From a bacterium (lineage in GTDB: Bacteria; Bacillota_I; Bacilli_A; RF39; UBA660): a stretch of DNA of 42,282 bases. The position numbers were made by a program, and so were the translations under genes. The DNA lies in the NCBI GenBank assembly GCA_963656615.1, contig CAVKJF010000001.1, positions 1 to 42,282 on the forward strand. The letters are read 5' to 3'. Of the stretch, positions 18,482 to 27,974 are shown piece after piece. Each line of letters starts with the position of its first letter. The first letter of the stretch is position 1. The notes under the pieces were generated by a model. That model made no database searches. It was not told the DNA's origin and worked only from the letters and a program-made list of their open reading frames with translations.

Positions 18482-21295
18482 CTACAGTATCTTCGCTAAA
18501 AATTGACCTGTATATGATTTAGGATTTTTGGCAATATGCTCTGGTGTACCTTTATCTACAATGGTTCCACCTTCGTCTCCACCCTCTGGTCCTAAATCTA
18601 TTATGTAATCAGCAACTTTTATGACGTCTAAGTTATGTTCAATAACTACCACTGTATCCTTATTATCTACTATTTTTTGTAAAATTGCAAGTAAGCGCTT
18701 GATATCATCTGTATGTAATCCTGTTGTTGGTTCATCTAAGACAAATAATGTTTTACCGGTTGCTCTTTTTTGAAGTTCTTTGGCTAGTTTTACTCTTTCG
18801 GCCTCACCACCGGATAATGTTGGTGCACTTTGTCCTAATTTAATGTATCCTAGTCCAACGTCTTCTAGTACTTGTAATTTATTTTTTATTTTAGGAATAT
18901 TGTCAAAGAATTCTAGAGCTTCGCTTACACGCATATCTAGTACTTCAGCAATATTTTTATTTTTATATTTTATGTTTAGAGTTTCTCTATTATACCTTGT
19001 ACCATGGCATACTTCACATGGAACATATACATCTGGTAAGAAGTGCATTTCTATTTTCTTTACACCATCTCCACGGCAGGCTTCACAACGTCCACCTTTT
19101 ACATTGAAAGAAAATCTGTTCTTTTCAAAGCCATACATTTTAGATTCTTTTGTTGTTGTGAAAAGAGTTCTGATATCATCAAATACACCAGTATATGTTG
19201 CTGGATTTGATCTTGGAGTTCTGCCTATTGGATTTTGAGATATAGCGACTAATTTATCTATATTGTCCATTCCTAATATTTTTTTGTAGTCTCCAGGTTT
19301 TTCTTTTGAATGATATAACTTGTTAGATACAGCCTTACATAATATTTCATTTATAAGGGTACTCTTTCCAGAACCAGAAACTCCAGTTATACATGTAAGT
19401 GTTCCTAGAGGGATATCTACATCAATATCTTTTAGGTTATTCTCACTGGCTCCTCTAATTTTTAAATATTTTCCAGTGCCTTTTCTTCTTTTTTCAGGTA
19501 TTTCGATACACTTTTTTCCTGATAAGTACTGTCCAGTAATGCTGTTTTCATTTTTCATTACTTCTTCTGGAGTACCGGCTGCAATAACATGTCCACCTTT
19601 ATCTCCAGCGCCTGGTCCGATGTCTACTAAATAGTCTGCTGCTAACATTGTATCAGTATCGTGTTCAACAACAATAAGAGTATTTCCTAAATCACGCATT
19701 TCTTTCATAGAATTAATTAATTTCTCATTGTCTCTTTGATGAAGTCCAATACTTGGTTCATCTAAAACATATAATACGCCAGTTAGATGTGAACCAATTT
19801 GTGTTGCTAATCTGATACGTTGGGCTTCACCACCGGATAATGTTCCAGCACTTCTACTTAATGTTAAGTATCCTAAGCCAACATTTGATAAGAAAGCTAA
19901 TCTTTCGTTTATTTCTTTTAGAATTAAGCTAGCTATTTGTTTTTCCGACTCTGTTAATTTTAGATTTTTAAAGAAATCTACTAACTGTTTAATACTCATA
20001 CATGTTACTTCATAAATATTTTTCTTAGCTATTTTTACAGATAAGACATTATCATTTAATCTAGCACCTTTACAAGTATCGCATTCATACTCAACCATGT
20101 AGTTTTCTAGCCATTCTCTAATCCATGAAGAACTTGTTTCCATATAACGTCTTTCTAAGTTATCAATTATTCCTTCATAATAATCAATAGAATTCATTAT
20201 ATTTCCTGACTTTGTAGCGTAATTAAAACGGATAGGCTCAGTTGAGCCATGTAGTACTATTTGTTGCTCTTCTTTTTTTAGTTTTCCGAATGGTTTATCC
20301 ATATCTATTTTATAGTGTTTACATACACATTCTAATTTTTTATAGTAAATTCCGTCTTGATCATCACTTAAAGTTTTGATGCAGCCTTCATTAATACTTA
20401 GAGTTTTATCTGGTATAACTAAGTCTTCATCTATTTGTAATTTAATTCCTAGACCTTTACAGTCTGGACAAGCACCATATGGGGCATTGAAACTAAATAC
20501 CCTTGGTTCTAATTCTGGTAATGAGAACTCACAATGTGGACATGCAAATTGTTCTGAGAAGACTAGTTCTTTAGCATTTTCACCTAGTATTTGTACAACG
20601 GCTTTTCCTTCGGCTAATTTTGTTGCTATTTCTAAAGCTTCAAACACTCTACTTCTAGAATCTTCTTTTAAAACTATCCTATCTACAACAACATCAATGG
20701 AATCTTTTTTGTTTTTTTCTAAAGTAATGTCATCACTAAGGTCTAACATTTCACCATTGACACGTACTCTTACAAATCCTTCTTTACGAAGTTTTTCAAA
20801 TAATTCTTTATGCGTTCCTTTTTCACCATGAACTACTGGAGACATTATAATAATTTTAGTTCCTTCTTTGTATTCCAAAACTTTATTAGTCATTTCTTCA
20901 ACACTTTGTGAAGTTATAGGAATATTATGATTAGGACAGTATGGTACACCTATTCTTGCGAATAATAGTCTTAAATAATCATATATTTCTGTTACGGTAC
21001 CAACTGTTGATCTTGGGTTGTTTGATGTTGTTTTTTGGTCAATACTAATAGCAGGAGATAATCCTTCTATACTATCAACATCTGGCTTTTCAGAATTACC
21101 TAAAAATTGTCTAGCATAGGCAGAAAGACTTTCAACATATCTTCTTTGTCCTTCAGCATAAATAGTATCAAATGCTAAACTACTTTTTCCAGAACCTGAT
21201 AAACCTGTCATAACAATAAGTTTATTTTTTGGTAGTTCTATATCTATATTTTTTAAATTATTTTCTCTTGCACCTTTAACAATAATTTTATCCAT
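18482..21295 (-). CDS. uvrA: excinuclease ABC subunit A
   Basis: [18 protein letters not shown]-terminus, [35 protein letters not shown], two ABC signatures and zinc-finger Cys clusters. The start is at ATG 21295 (AGGTGA SD), not the track start at 21367. Confidence 0.96.
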   Translation of the reverse strand: MDKIIVKGARENNLKNIDIELPKNKLIVMTGLSGSGKSSLAFDTIYAEGQRRYVESLSAYARQFLGNSEKPDVDSIEGLSPAISIDQKTTSNNPRSTVGTVTEIYDYLRLLFARIGVPYCPNHNIPITSQSVEEMTNKVLEYKEGTKIIIMSPVVHGEKGTHKELFEKLRKEGFVRVRVNGEMLDLSDDITLEKNKKDSIDVVVDRIVLKEDSRSRVFEALEIATKLAEGKAVVQILGENAKELVFSEQFACPHCEFSLPELEPRVFSFNAPYGACPDCKGLGIKLQIDEDLVIPDKTLSINEGCIKTLSDDQDGIYYKKLECVCKHYKIDMDKPFGKLKKEEQQIVLHGSTEPIRFNYATKSGNIMNSIDYYEGIIDNLERRYMETSSSWIREWLENYMVEYECDTCKGARLNDNVLSVKIAKKNIYEVTCMSIKQLVDFFKNLKLTESEKQIASLILKEINERLAFLSNVGLGYLTLSRSAGTLSGGEAQRIRLATQIGSHLTGVLYVLDEPSIGLHQRDNEKLINSMKEMRDLGNTLIVVEHDTDTMLAADYLVDIGPGAGDKGGHVIAAGTPEEVMKNENSITGQYLSGKKCIEIPEKRRKGTGKYLKIRGASENNLKDIDVDIPLGTLTCITGVSGSGKSTLINEILCKAVSNKLYHSKEKPGDYKKILGMDNIDKLVAISQNPIGRTPRSNPATYTGVFDDIRTLFTTTKESKMYGFEKNRFSFNVKGGRCEACRGDGVKKIEMHFLPDVYVPCEVCHGTRYNRETLNIKYKNKNIAEVLDMRVSEALEFFDNIPKIKNKLQVLEDVGLGYIKLGQSAPTLSGGEAERVKLAKELQKRATGKTLFVLDEPTTGLHTDDIKRLLAILQKIVDNKDTVVVIEHNLDVIKVADYIIDLGPEGGDEGGTIVDKGTPEHIAKNPKSYTGQFLAKIL

Positions 21296-21464
21296 GTAAA
21301 TCACCTGTTTCATATTATAGCATATTTTTAGTGTTTTATTTCGACTAATTTCTGGTTTTGAGACCAAAAAATACCAGATTTGTAATATCCTGGTATTTAA
21401 TTTATTTTTTCAACAGAAAACTGTTGAAAAAAGTTTTTTGAATTTATGTTTTCCACAATAATTG

Positions 21465-23414
21465 TTAATTACTTTTCATTTCAAAAAGTATGTCTCTTAA
21501 TTCCATAGCTCTTTCAAAGTCAAGATTTCTAGCAGCTTCACGCATTTCTTCTTCAACTGATTCCATAAGTAAAGCTTGTTCTTTCTTACTTGGCTTTTTA
21601 GTCTTTTTGCCTTTTACAGTATCAACATTACTAATTACTTCACGTATTTCTTTTTTAATAGTAGTTGGTGTAATATTGTGTTCTTCATTATATTTTTCTT
21701 GTATCGCTCTACGTCTAGCAGTTTCTGATATGGCTTGTTCCATAGAATCTGTAATTTTATCTCCATACATGATAACATGACCAGAGGCATTACGAGCACA
21801 TCGTCCTATTGTTTGAATAAGACTTCTAGTACTTCTTAGGAATCCTTCTTTATCAGCATCAAGGATAGCAATAAGTGAAACTTCTGGAATATCAATTCCT
21901 TCTCTTAATAGGTTTATACCAACTATAACGTCATATTTTCCAGCTCTTAAGTCGTGAATAATTTGCATTCTTTCTAGGGTTTTGACTTCAGAGTGTAAAT
22001 ATGCCACTTTTATATCTAGTTCTTTTAAATAGTTTGTTAGTTCTTCAGACATTCTAATAGTTAAGGTTGTTACTAAAACTCTTTCGTCTTTTGCAATTCG
22101 TGTTCTGATTTCACCGACCAAGTCATCTATTTGTCCTTCTGTTTTTCTAACTTCAACAGTTGGGTCAAGTAGTCCAGTTGGTCTAATAATTTGTTCAACA
22201 TAATGATTATTTGTATGTTCTAATTCTAAGTCACCTGGTGTTGCGGAAACATATATTACTTGATTTAGTTTCTTTTCAAACTCATCATATTTTAATGGTC
22301 TATTGTCAAGTGCACTAGGTAGACGGAAGCCATATTCTACAAGGTTCATCTTTCTAGCTCTATCTCCATTATACATTCCTCTAACTTGAGGAAGTGTTAC
22401 ATGAGATTCATCTACTACTAATAAGTAATCATCTGGGAAGAAGTCCATTAAGGTAACTGGTGTTTCTCCTCTTTTTCTACCAGCCATTGGTGCAGAATAA
22501 TTTTCTATTCCAGAACAAAATCCGGTTTCTTCTAACATTTCTATATCGTAATTAGTTCTTTGTTCTAGTCGTTCGGCCGCTACTAATTTATTTTCTTTTT
22601 TCAACTCTATAAGGCGTTCTTTTAATTCTTCTTTTATTCTTTCTATCGCAGCATGTAGTTTTTCATCAGAAACGACGAAGTGACTTGCTGGAAAGATACT
22701 GATATTTTTCTTATTACTGATAATGGCACCTGTTAGAGTATCAATTTCACTAATTCTATCTATTTCATCACCAAAGAATTCTATTCTAAAGCCGGTTGTA
22801 TTCTGGTTTGCTGGAATTATTTCTAATGTATCTCCTCTAACTCTGAAGGTACCACGTTTAAAATCTAAGTCATTACGTTCATATAGCATATCGACTAATT
22901 TTGTTAATACTTGATTTCTTTCGGTTTTATCGCCAACTGATAATGTTAACATTTTATTTTTATATTCTTCTACTTCACCAATACCATAAATACAAGAAAC
23001 TGACGCAACTACAATGACGTCTCTTCTTGATAGTAAAGCTGAAGTTGCAGCATGACGTAATTCATCTATTTCATCATTAATAGATGAGTCTTTTTCGATA
23101 TATGTATCAGTTGATGGTACGTAAGCCTCTGGTTGATAATAATCGTAGTATGATACGAAGTATTCTACTTTATTTTCAGGGAATAATTCTTTTAATTCGG
23201 AATAAAGTTGGCCAGCTAGAGTTTTATTATGAGCTAGTACTAGTGTTGGCTTATTTACTTTGGCAATAACGTTAGCTACAGTGAAAGTTTTTCCAGTACC
23301 GGTTGCGCCTAAAAGTACTTGTTCTTTTTTACCTTCATTTAGTCCTTTGACTAGTTCATTTATTGCATTTGGTTGATCTCCAGATGGTTTGTATTTTGAA
23401 ACTAGTTTAAACAT
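21465..23414 (-). CDS. uvrB: excinuclease ABC subunit B
   Basis: [15 protein letters not shown] helicase motif I, DESH box and a C-terminal UVR domain ([19 protein letters not shown]). Confidence 0.96.
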   Translation of the reverse strand: MFKLVSKYKPSGDQPNAINELVKGLNEGKKEQVLLGATGTGKTFTVANVIAKVNKPTLVLAHNKTLAGQLYSELKELFPENKVEYFVSYYDYYQPEAYVPSTDTYIEKDSSINDEIDELRHAATSALLSRRDVIVVASVSCIYGIGEVEEYKNKMLTLSVGDKTERNQVLTKLVDMLYERNDLDFKRGTFRVRGDTLEIIPANQNTTGFRIEFFGDEIDRISEIDTLTGAIISNKKNISIFPASHFVVSDEKLHAAIERIKEELKERLIELKKENKLVAAERLEQRTNYDIEMLEETGFCSGIENYSAPMAGRKRGETPVTLMDFFPDDYLLVVDESHVTLPQVRGMYNGDRARKMNLVEYGFRLPSALDNRPLKYDEFEKKLNQVIYVSATPGDLELEHTNNHYVEQIIRPTGLLDPTVEVRKTEGQIDDLVGEIRTRIAKDERVLVTTLTIRMSEELTNYLKELDIKVAYLHSEVKTLERMQIIHDLRAGKYDVIVGINLLREGIDIPEVSLIAILDADKEGFLRSTRSLIQTIGRCARNASGHVIMYGDKITDSMEQAISETARRRAIQEKYNEEHNITPTTIKKEIREVISNVDTVKGKKTKKPSKKEQALLMESVEEEMREAARNLDFERAMELRDILFEMKSN

Positions 23415-23623
23415 AAAGAATCACTCTCCTTATTAAAGCTATATATAAATGAATTTCTTTTATTATTATGCTTGATATTTCTTTATTAATTCCTATATAA
23501 ACTTGTATATGTTATTTTAGCACTTTTTATATAGGAAAACAACTTTCTCCTTTCTTTAACTCGTGTCTTTCATACAGTCGCATTAGAGGTTGTAACATAT
23601 ATTATTTTAGGAGGATGATATGA

Positions 23624-24187
23624 ATGTGTGATGATAATTGTGGTAAAAGACATTTACAAGGTTCTAGAGTTTGCTACATAGCAGGGCCGACTGGGCCAAC
23701 TGGTTTGACTGGACCAACTGGACCGACTGGACCAACTGGGCCAACGGGACCGACTGGGCCTTCCGGTGTTGAGAATAGTTCGTTTGGTAGAAAATATGAC
23801 AACTCTGAAAGTACAATTACCTTAGAGGCTAATATTGCTAATACTGTTCCTTTAGGTAGTACAGGTCCAGCATCTAATGTGGCTACTGGTACACAAAATG
23901 CATTAACAATAACAGAAGCCGGTAATTATAAAGTTGATTATTACTTTTCTGGATCTACTAGTGCTAATGCAAATGTAACTGTTGAAATAAAACAAAACGC
24001 TACACCAATTGGAAGCACTACAATCACAAAGGATACTATAGCTAATCAAGAAGTAGACTTTGTTGGTAGTTCTATAAATGCTTTTGCAGCAGGTGACAAC
24101 ATAAGTATAGGAATAGAGGCTGATACCGCTGTTACTGTTACTCCAGCAACTGGTACTGGTGCTTATTTAAATATTGTTAAACTATAA
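23624..24187 (+). CDS. collagen-like triple-helix repeat protein, BclA-like (exosporium/spore-surface type)
   Basis: Cys-containing N-terminus, then nine G-x-T/S triplets ([12 protein letters not shown] x5 GPS), then a ~135-aa beta-rich C-terminal domain as in BclA. AGGAGG SD 9 nt upstream. Confidence 0.75.
   Translation: MCDDNCGKRHLQGSRVCYIAGPTGPTGLTGPTGPTGPTGPTGPTGPSGVENSSFGRKYDNSESTITLEANIANTVPLGSTGPASNVATGTQNALTITEAGNYKVDYYFSGSTSANANVTVEIKQNATPIGSTTITKDTIANQEVDFVGSSINAFAAGDNISIGIEADTAVTVTPATGTGAYLNIVKL
23684..23764 (+). repeat. 9-bp coding tandem repeat (GGN CCN ACN) x9 encoding the collagen-like region
   Basis: Direct reading: gggccgact gggccaact ggtttgact ggaccaact ... gggccttcc. Confidence 0.9.
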
Positions 24188-24199
24188 TTCCATAATAAA

Positions 24200-24235
24200 A
24201 GCAGTTCTTCTTCAATAAGAAAACTGCTATTTTTT
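24200..24235. terminator. bidirectional terminator after the collagen-like gene
   Basis: AGCAGTT (24200-24206) pairs with AACTGCT (24222-24228). A T6 run follows on plus and an A-run precedes the stem. Confidence 0.6.
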
Positions 24236-24238
24236 ATG

Positions 24239-24757
24239 TTAATATTTCTTTGTAAAAAGTTTCTTTATAAATAATATTATTTTACTTAAACTAGTTATAA
24301 TTAATAGTATTACAAATATTACACCTAGTGATAGTAAGAATCCTTTTAATGTTCTTAAGAACAAAATATATTTTCCAATCTTTGCTATTTTAAATTCATA
24401 TGTACCAAGTACATCTGAATTTTTAATTGTTGATGTTTCATTTTCACCTACTATATCAATAGTTTTATTTTCAATGTCAGTACTTTTCACTTTTCCATAA
24501 GCTATTTTATTTTCATCTGTAGTATAAATTATTAAAGAATCTTCTTTTAAATCTGTGTCAATATTTTGATTTATGATTATTAAGTCATCTTTTTTTATTT
24601 GTTTTTCTTCATAGCTTTTATCAGTTATTAAGAATCTGTGATTCTCTATTGTAAATGGCTTTCCATTATAGAATACATTTTGTAGAAAAATCACTAGAAT
24701 TATAACACTTATTATAGCTAGAAAGATGCTGATAATTTTAACTAATGTATCTCGCAT
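24239..24757 (-). CDS. bitopic membrane protein with SipW-type signal-peptidase-like layout but no recognisable catalytic Ser/His
   Basis: N- and C-terminal TM helices. Its spacing resembles SipW (..DDLIIINQ.., ..DSLIIYTT..AYGKV.., ..VGENE..VLGTYEFKIAKIGKY). ITDKSY occupies the position of SGSMEP. AAGGAG SD upstream. Confidence 0.4.
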   Translation of the reverse strand: MRDTLVKIISIFLAIISVIILVIFLQNVFYNGKPFTIENHRFLITDKSYEEKQIKKDDLIIINQNIDTDLKEDSLIIYTTDENKIAYGKVKSTDIENKTIDIVGENETSTIKNSDVLGTYEFKIAKIGKYILFLRTLKGFLLSLGVIFVILLIITSLSKIILFIKKLFTKKY

Positions 24758-24851
24758 AATATTATCTCCTTATATACTTATTATTATATTATAGATATAT
24801 CACATTATGGAAATCATGTCAAAAAAAGTATCTATTATGATACTTTATTTT

Positions 24852-25271
24852 TTACTTAAATATACCAGAAAATTTATCCTTGATTCTGTTATAAAGACTT
24901 TTTAAATTTGTTCCAAGATTTGAATCAGTTACTTTATCTAATCTATCAAAACCTTTATTCCAGTTGTCTTCTAGATATTCTTTTCCTTCTTCAAAATGAT
25001 CTTCGAAGTATTCTTTTCCTTCTTCAGCGTGATCTTTTAAATATTCTTTTCCTTCTTCTAAGTGATCTTCGAAGAATTCTTCTCCTTCACTTGCATTTTT
25101 TTCTAAATACTCTTTACCTTTTTCTAAATGATCATTAAAGTATTTAATTCCTTCTTCAACTTTTTCTTGAACCATAGAGTTATGGTCTTCAATCTTTGAT
25201 GAAATTTGATTATTAAGTGCTACATTACCATTGATAGTACCAATAGCTAAAGCAGTAACTAAAAAATTCAT
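24852..25271 (-). CDS. small His/Glu-rich protein with six 11-aa tandem repeats and a hydrophobic N-terminus
   Basis: The start is at ATG 25271 (GAAGGAGG SD 5 nt upstream); the track start at 25304 is a TTG without an SD. Repeats follow x-E-E-G-K-E-Y-L/F-x-D-H. Confidence 0.65.
   Translation of the reverse strand: MNFLVTALAIGTINGNVALNNQISSKIEDHNSMVQEKVEEGIKYFNDHLEKGKEYLEKNASEGEEFFEDHLEEGKEYLKDHAEEGKEYFEDHFEEGKEYLEDNWNKGFDRLDKVTDSNLGTNLKSLYNRIKDKFSGIFK
24963..25160 (-). repeat. 33-bp coding tandem repeat x6
   Basis: VEEGIKYFNDH LEKGKEYLEKN ASEGEEFFEDH LEEGKEYLKDH AEEGKEYFEDH FEEGKEYLEDN. The repeated atattcttttccttcttc is visible on the plus strand. Confidence 0.85.
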
Positions 25272-25509
25272 AATTTCCTCCTTCAATATTCGTTTTTTTG
25301 ACAAATAACATACAAATGATAGTCATCTGTCTGATATATATTATCATATTCATGCTCTTTTAGCAAGTTTTGGCTAATTAGTTATTTTTTTTGTCACTTT
25401 TATTGACAGAAAGACTGATAAAATAATTTACCAGTCTTATCTATTATATTCTTTAGTTTTTTATTTTGTTACTATTGATGTACCTATAAAAATTATATTG
25501 TTGATAATA

Positions 25510-27264
25510 CTAAATTATAGATGCTTGTTCTATTGAATTTGAAGTTTCATTTGAGTAGAGCGTTTGATATACTTTTGATTTCTTTAGTAACTCATCATGA
25601 GTGCCAAATGATTCTAGTTTACCTTTATCGATTATATTTATAACATCAGCATCTACAATTGTTGATAATCTATGGGCTACAATGATTATTGTATGATCTT
25701 TTACTAAATCATCTATAGTTTTCTTTATATATTCTTGAGACTCATTATCTAATGCAGAGGTTGCTTCATCAAATAGAATTATTTTAGTATTTAACATAAG
25801 CGTTCTAGCAATTGCTAAACGTTGTTTTTGTCCACCAGATAAATTAATTCCACCTTCTCCTATTACGGTGTCATATTTCTTTGGTAAGGACATTATATAA
25901 TCATCGATATAAGCTCTTTTACAGTATTCTCTTACTTCTTTTAAAGTTACATCTTTCTTTACTAGTTTGAAGTTATCAATAATTGATAAGTTAAATAGGA
26001 ATGGTGCTTGCCTTATAATTGAAATATTGTTTCTTAAAGATTCTTCGGTTAAGTCTTTTATATTTACACCATCTATTAATATTTCTCCTTTGGTTGTATC
26101 AAAGTATCTTAATAATAAGTTGAAAATAGTGGATTTACCATTACCTGATTTTCCTACTATAGCTATCTTTTTGTTTGGTAATAGTTTTAAATTTAGACCA
26201 GTTAATGTATAGTCCTCTTCTTCGGAATACTTGAATTTTACATTTTTAAATTCTATTACTCCTTTGTTGTTAACTAAAACTTTGCTGCCAAACTTTTCAT
26301 CTTCATACAATTTATTATCAATTATTTCTCCTATACGTTTTAGAGAAACTGTTACTTTATTGTAGCTAACACCAAATTCTGAAATACTTTCCACAACTTC
26401 ATCAATACGCCAGATATACATTTCTAGCATAATAAATGTAGCGTATGTTATCTTACCTTGTATAAAATAATATCCGGCAGTAAATAGGATTATTAATTGT
26501 AGTATGAAGTAGCTTAAATTATTTAAACTGTAATACCAAGCCTCATAGTTTTTAATTTTTTTAGTACTTGCAAATAAGCCTGATAGTTGATTTTTAATAT
26601 TTTCTTCAATATTTTTCTTTATACCTAAAGATTTTATTTCTCTGATACCTGTAATGTTTTCGGTTGCGACTTTAACATAAGCATCAGACTGTTTTTTTAT
26701 TTCTTCTTGGGTCTTTTTAATTCTAGGGAAATACTTAGTTGAAATGAATCCCATGACAAATCCAAAAACTATCACTTCTATACCTATAACAAAAGATATA
26801 GAGAACGCTAAAAATAAGATAATTACAACAGCTAAACTTTTACAAGTTAGCTTTATTAGTTTCGCTAAAAGTTCCATTACTCTATCTGGATCGTTATAAA
26901 GTCTATTAATAAACTCGCCAACTCCTATGTCTTCAAAAGCCTTTGCTGGTAATGAATCAATTTTTTTGTATAAATCCATGCTAACATTTTGAATAAATTT
27001 TATTTCTAAATAATTATATAACTTATTGGTTGGTACTTGTAATATAGAAAATACTAATATGTAGATACCTTCCCAAGAAATTAAATATTTAGCAAAATTA
27101 TAAACGTCCTTTAAAATAAGAAACTCCAACGCTTTTCCCCAGAAATATGCCGCAAATAATACTGGTAAATAGGTACATAGTACTAGTAATATATAAATGA
27201 TTAATTTAATTTTATCTTCTTTTAAATATCGCCATAATATTCTAAAATTACTTGCTTTTTTCAT
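25510..27264 (-). CDS. ABC exporter, fused permease/ATPase half-transporter (type I exporter)
   Basis: Six-TM N-terminal domain, Walker A GKSGNGKST, signature LSGGQKQRLAIARTL and Walker B IILFDEATSALD. The likely start is ATG 27264 (AAAGGA SD). The track start at 27285 lies inside the U-tract of the upstream terminator. Confidence 0.88.
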   Translation of the reverse strand: MKKASNFRILWRYLKEDKIKLIIYILLVLCTYLPVLFAAYFWGKALEFLILKDVYNFAKYLISWEGIYILVFSILQVPTNKLYNYLEIKFIQNVSMDLYKKIDSLPAKAFEDIGVGEFINRLYNDPDRVMELLAKLIKLTCKSLAVVIILFLAFSISFVIGIEVIVFGFVMGFISTKYFPRIKKTQEEIKKQSDAYVKVATENITGIREIKSLGIKKNIEENIKNQLSGLFASTKKIKNYEAWYYSLNNLSYFILQLIILFTAGYYFIQGKITYATFIMLEMYIWRIDEVVESISEFGVSYNKVTVSLKRIGEIIDNKLYEDEKFGSKVLVNNKGVIEFKNVKFKYSEEEDYTLTGLNLKLLPNKKIAIVGKSGNGKSTIFNLLLRYFDTTKGEILIDGVNIKDLTEESLRNNISIIRQAPFLFNLSIIDNFKLVKKDVTLKEVREYCKRAYIDDYIMSLPKKYDTVIGEGGINLSGGQKQRLAIARTLMLNTKIILFDEATSALDNESQEYIKKTIDDLVKDHTIIIVAHRLSTIVDADVINIIDKGKLESFGTHDELLKKSKVYQTLYSNETSNSIEQASII

Positions 27265-27283
27265 TATATCCATCCTTTCTTGC

Positions 27284-27309
27284 ATAATAAAAGAGACCTA
27301 ATGGCCTCT
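27284..27309 (-). terminator. intrinsic terminator/attenuator directly upstream of the ABC exporter start
   Basis: Minus-strand RNA AGAGGCC-auua-GGUCUCU (7 bp including one G-U) followed by UUUAUUAU. On the plus strand the same pair would be an A-C mismatch, so the hairpin favours the minus strand. Confidence 0.5.
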
Positions 27310-27322
27310 TGATTTTTATATA

Positions 27323-27409
27323 TTAAAAACAAGTGAGAATACATTTATTCCCAAATCGGCCATTATTACTTCTAATTTTTTTCATTTTGCTTGTTGCTCT
27401 TATAACCAT
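27323..27409 (-). CDS. 28-codon leader ORF (MVIRATSKMKKIRSNNGRFGNKCILTCF)
   Basis: ATG 27409-27407 preceded by a GAGAGGAG SD, with TAA at 27325-27323. It lies between a TTGACA-17-TACCAT promoter and the terminator. It is too short for the ORF track. Confidence 0.35.
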   Translation of the reverse strand: MVIRATSKMKKIRSNNGRFGNKCILTCF

Positions 27410-27441
27410 ATTCTCACTCCTCTCTCTTCAAATTCAATTTC

Positions 27442-27470
27442 ATGGTATCATATTATTTTATGTCTGTCAA
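27442..27470 (-). promoter_or_regulatory. putative promoter of the leader ORF / ABC exporter transcript
   Basis: Minus strand: TTGACA (27470-27465), 17 nt ending in TGa, then TACCAT (27447-27442). Confidence 0.4.
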
Positions 27471-27486
27471 CCTTTTTTTGATAACA

Positions 27487-27891
27487 TTATTTTATTTCGT
27501 TTAAATTACCATTTAGGATAATTGGATTAAATCCTATAATTTCATCTTTTAATAAACCTTCTGGAATATCATTCATCATGTAAATTTTCTTTCCCAATCT
27601 GAAAGCGTCATACATTTCTAAGAATGTTGCCCCTCCAATATAATTATCAATGCCATTTTTTGTATAATTTAGAACTAAAACACTATCTACCTTTGAAATA
27701 ACTTCTTCACTATGCTTAATCATACCTGCTTTCCAGTCAGCATGTTTGTTAGTTCCACGATATTTAGCCTCTGTTTCTGGAGCATCATAACAATTAGGTA
27801 AAGTTACAATATGACCTGATTTTTCTAATTCCTTTTTTATAGCTGGGATTTTGTTGTAAAAGGCTTTACTACAAATTATAAATATTTTCAT
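27487..27891 (-). CDS. nucleoside 2-deoxyribosyltransferase-superfamily protein
   Basis: 134 aa. Flavodoxin-like start MKIFIICS and a C-terminal IGGATFLEMYDAFRLGKKIY matching the GT-x-fE-x-G...GKP pattern of this superfamily. It has its own TTGCAA-17-TATAAT promoter and a GGTGA SD. Confidence 0.55.
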   Translation of the reverse strand: MKIFIICSKAFYNKIPAIKKELEKSGHIVTLPNCYDAPETEAKYRGTNKHADWKAGMIKHSEEVISKVDSVLVLNYTKNGIDNYIGGATFLEMYDAFRLGKKIYMMNDIPEGLLKDEIIGFNPIILNGNLNEIK

Positions 27892-27948
27892 TTCTTATCA
27901 CCAAGGTAATTATATTATATATAAGTATATGTTGCAAATCAAAAAGAA

Positions 27949-27974
27949 AAAAGTATATATTTCTATATACTTTT
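27949..27974 (-). terminator. terminator of the ftsEX-M23 operon
   Basis: AAAAGTATATA (27949-27959) pairs with TATATACTTTT (27964-27974). A T-rich tail follows on the minus strand, and the arm overlaps the stop codon. Confidence 0.65.

Noticed and set aside
21296-21367. A 24-codon N-terminal extension of uvrA.
   Set aside because: The conserved UvrA N-terminus [17 protein letters not shown] starts at 21295 with an AGGTGA SD. The extension covers the promoter-like and hairpin region.
23595-23603. A CATATATTA match to the sigma-K -10 consensus (CATA-N3-TA) upstream of the collagen-like gene.
   Set aside because: It lies only about 5 nt upstream of the SD, so a transcript started from it would lack the ribosome-binding site. 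Such AT-rich matches are expected by chance.
23415-23623. I looked for a LexA/DinR box upstream of uvrB.
   Set aside because: No GAAC-N4-GTTC-like sequence is present. Only AAC-N8-GTT was seen, and its spacing is wrong.
23684-25160. The tandem repeats at 23684-23764 and 24963-25160 were considered as possible CRISPR or non-coding repeat arrays.
   Set aside because: Both are in-frame coding repeats (9-bp collagen triplets and 33-bp peptide repeats). Neither has spacers, and no cas genes are present.
27333-27521. A 62-aa very hydrophobic plus-strand ORF in the ABC-exporter leader region. It could be mistaken for a small membrane toxin.
   Set aside because: It starts at a GTG without an SD, runs antisense to the leader ORF and its promoter, and extends into the neighbouring gene. 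The minus-strand interpretation explains the region better.
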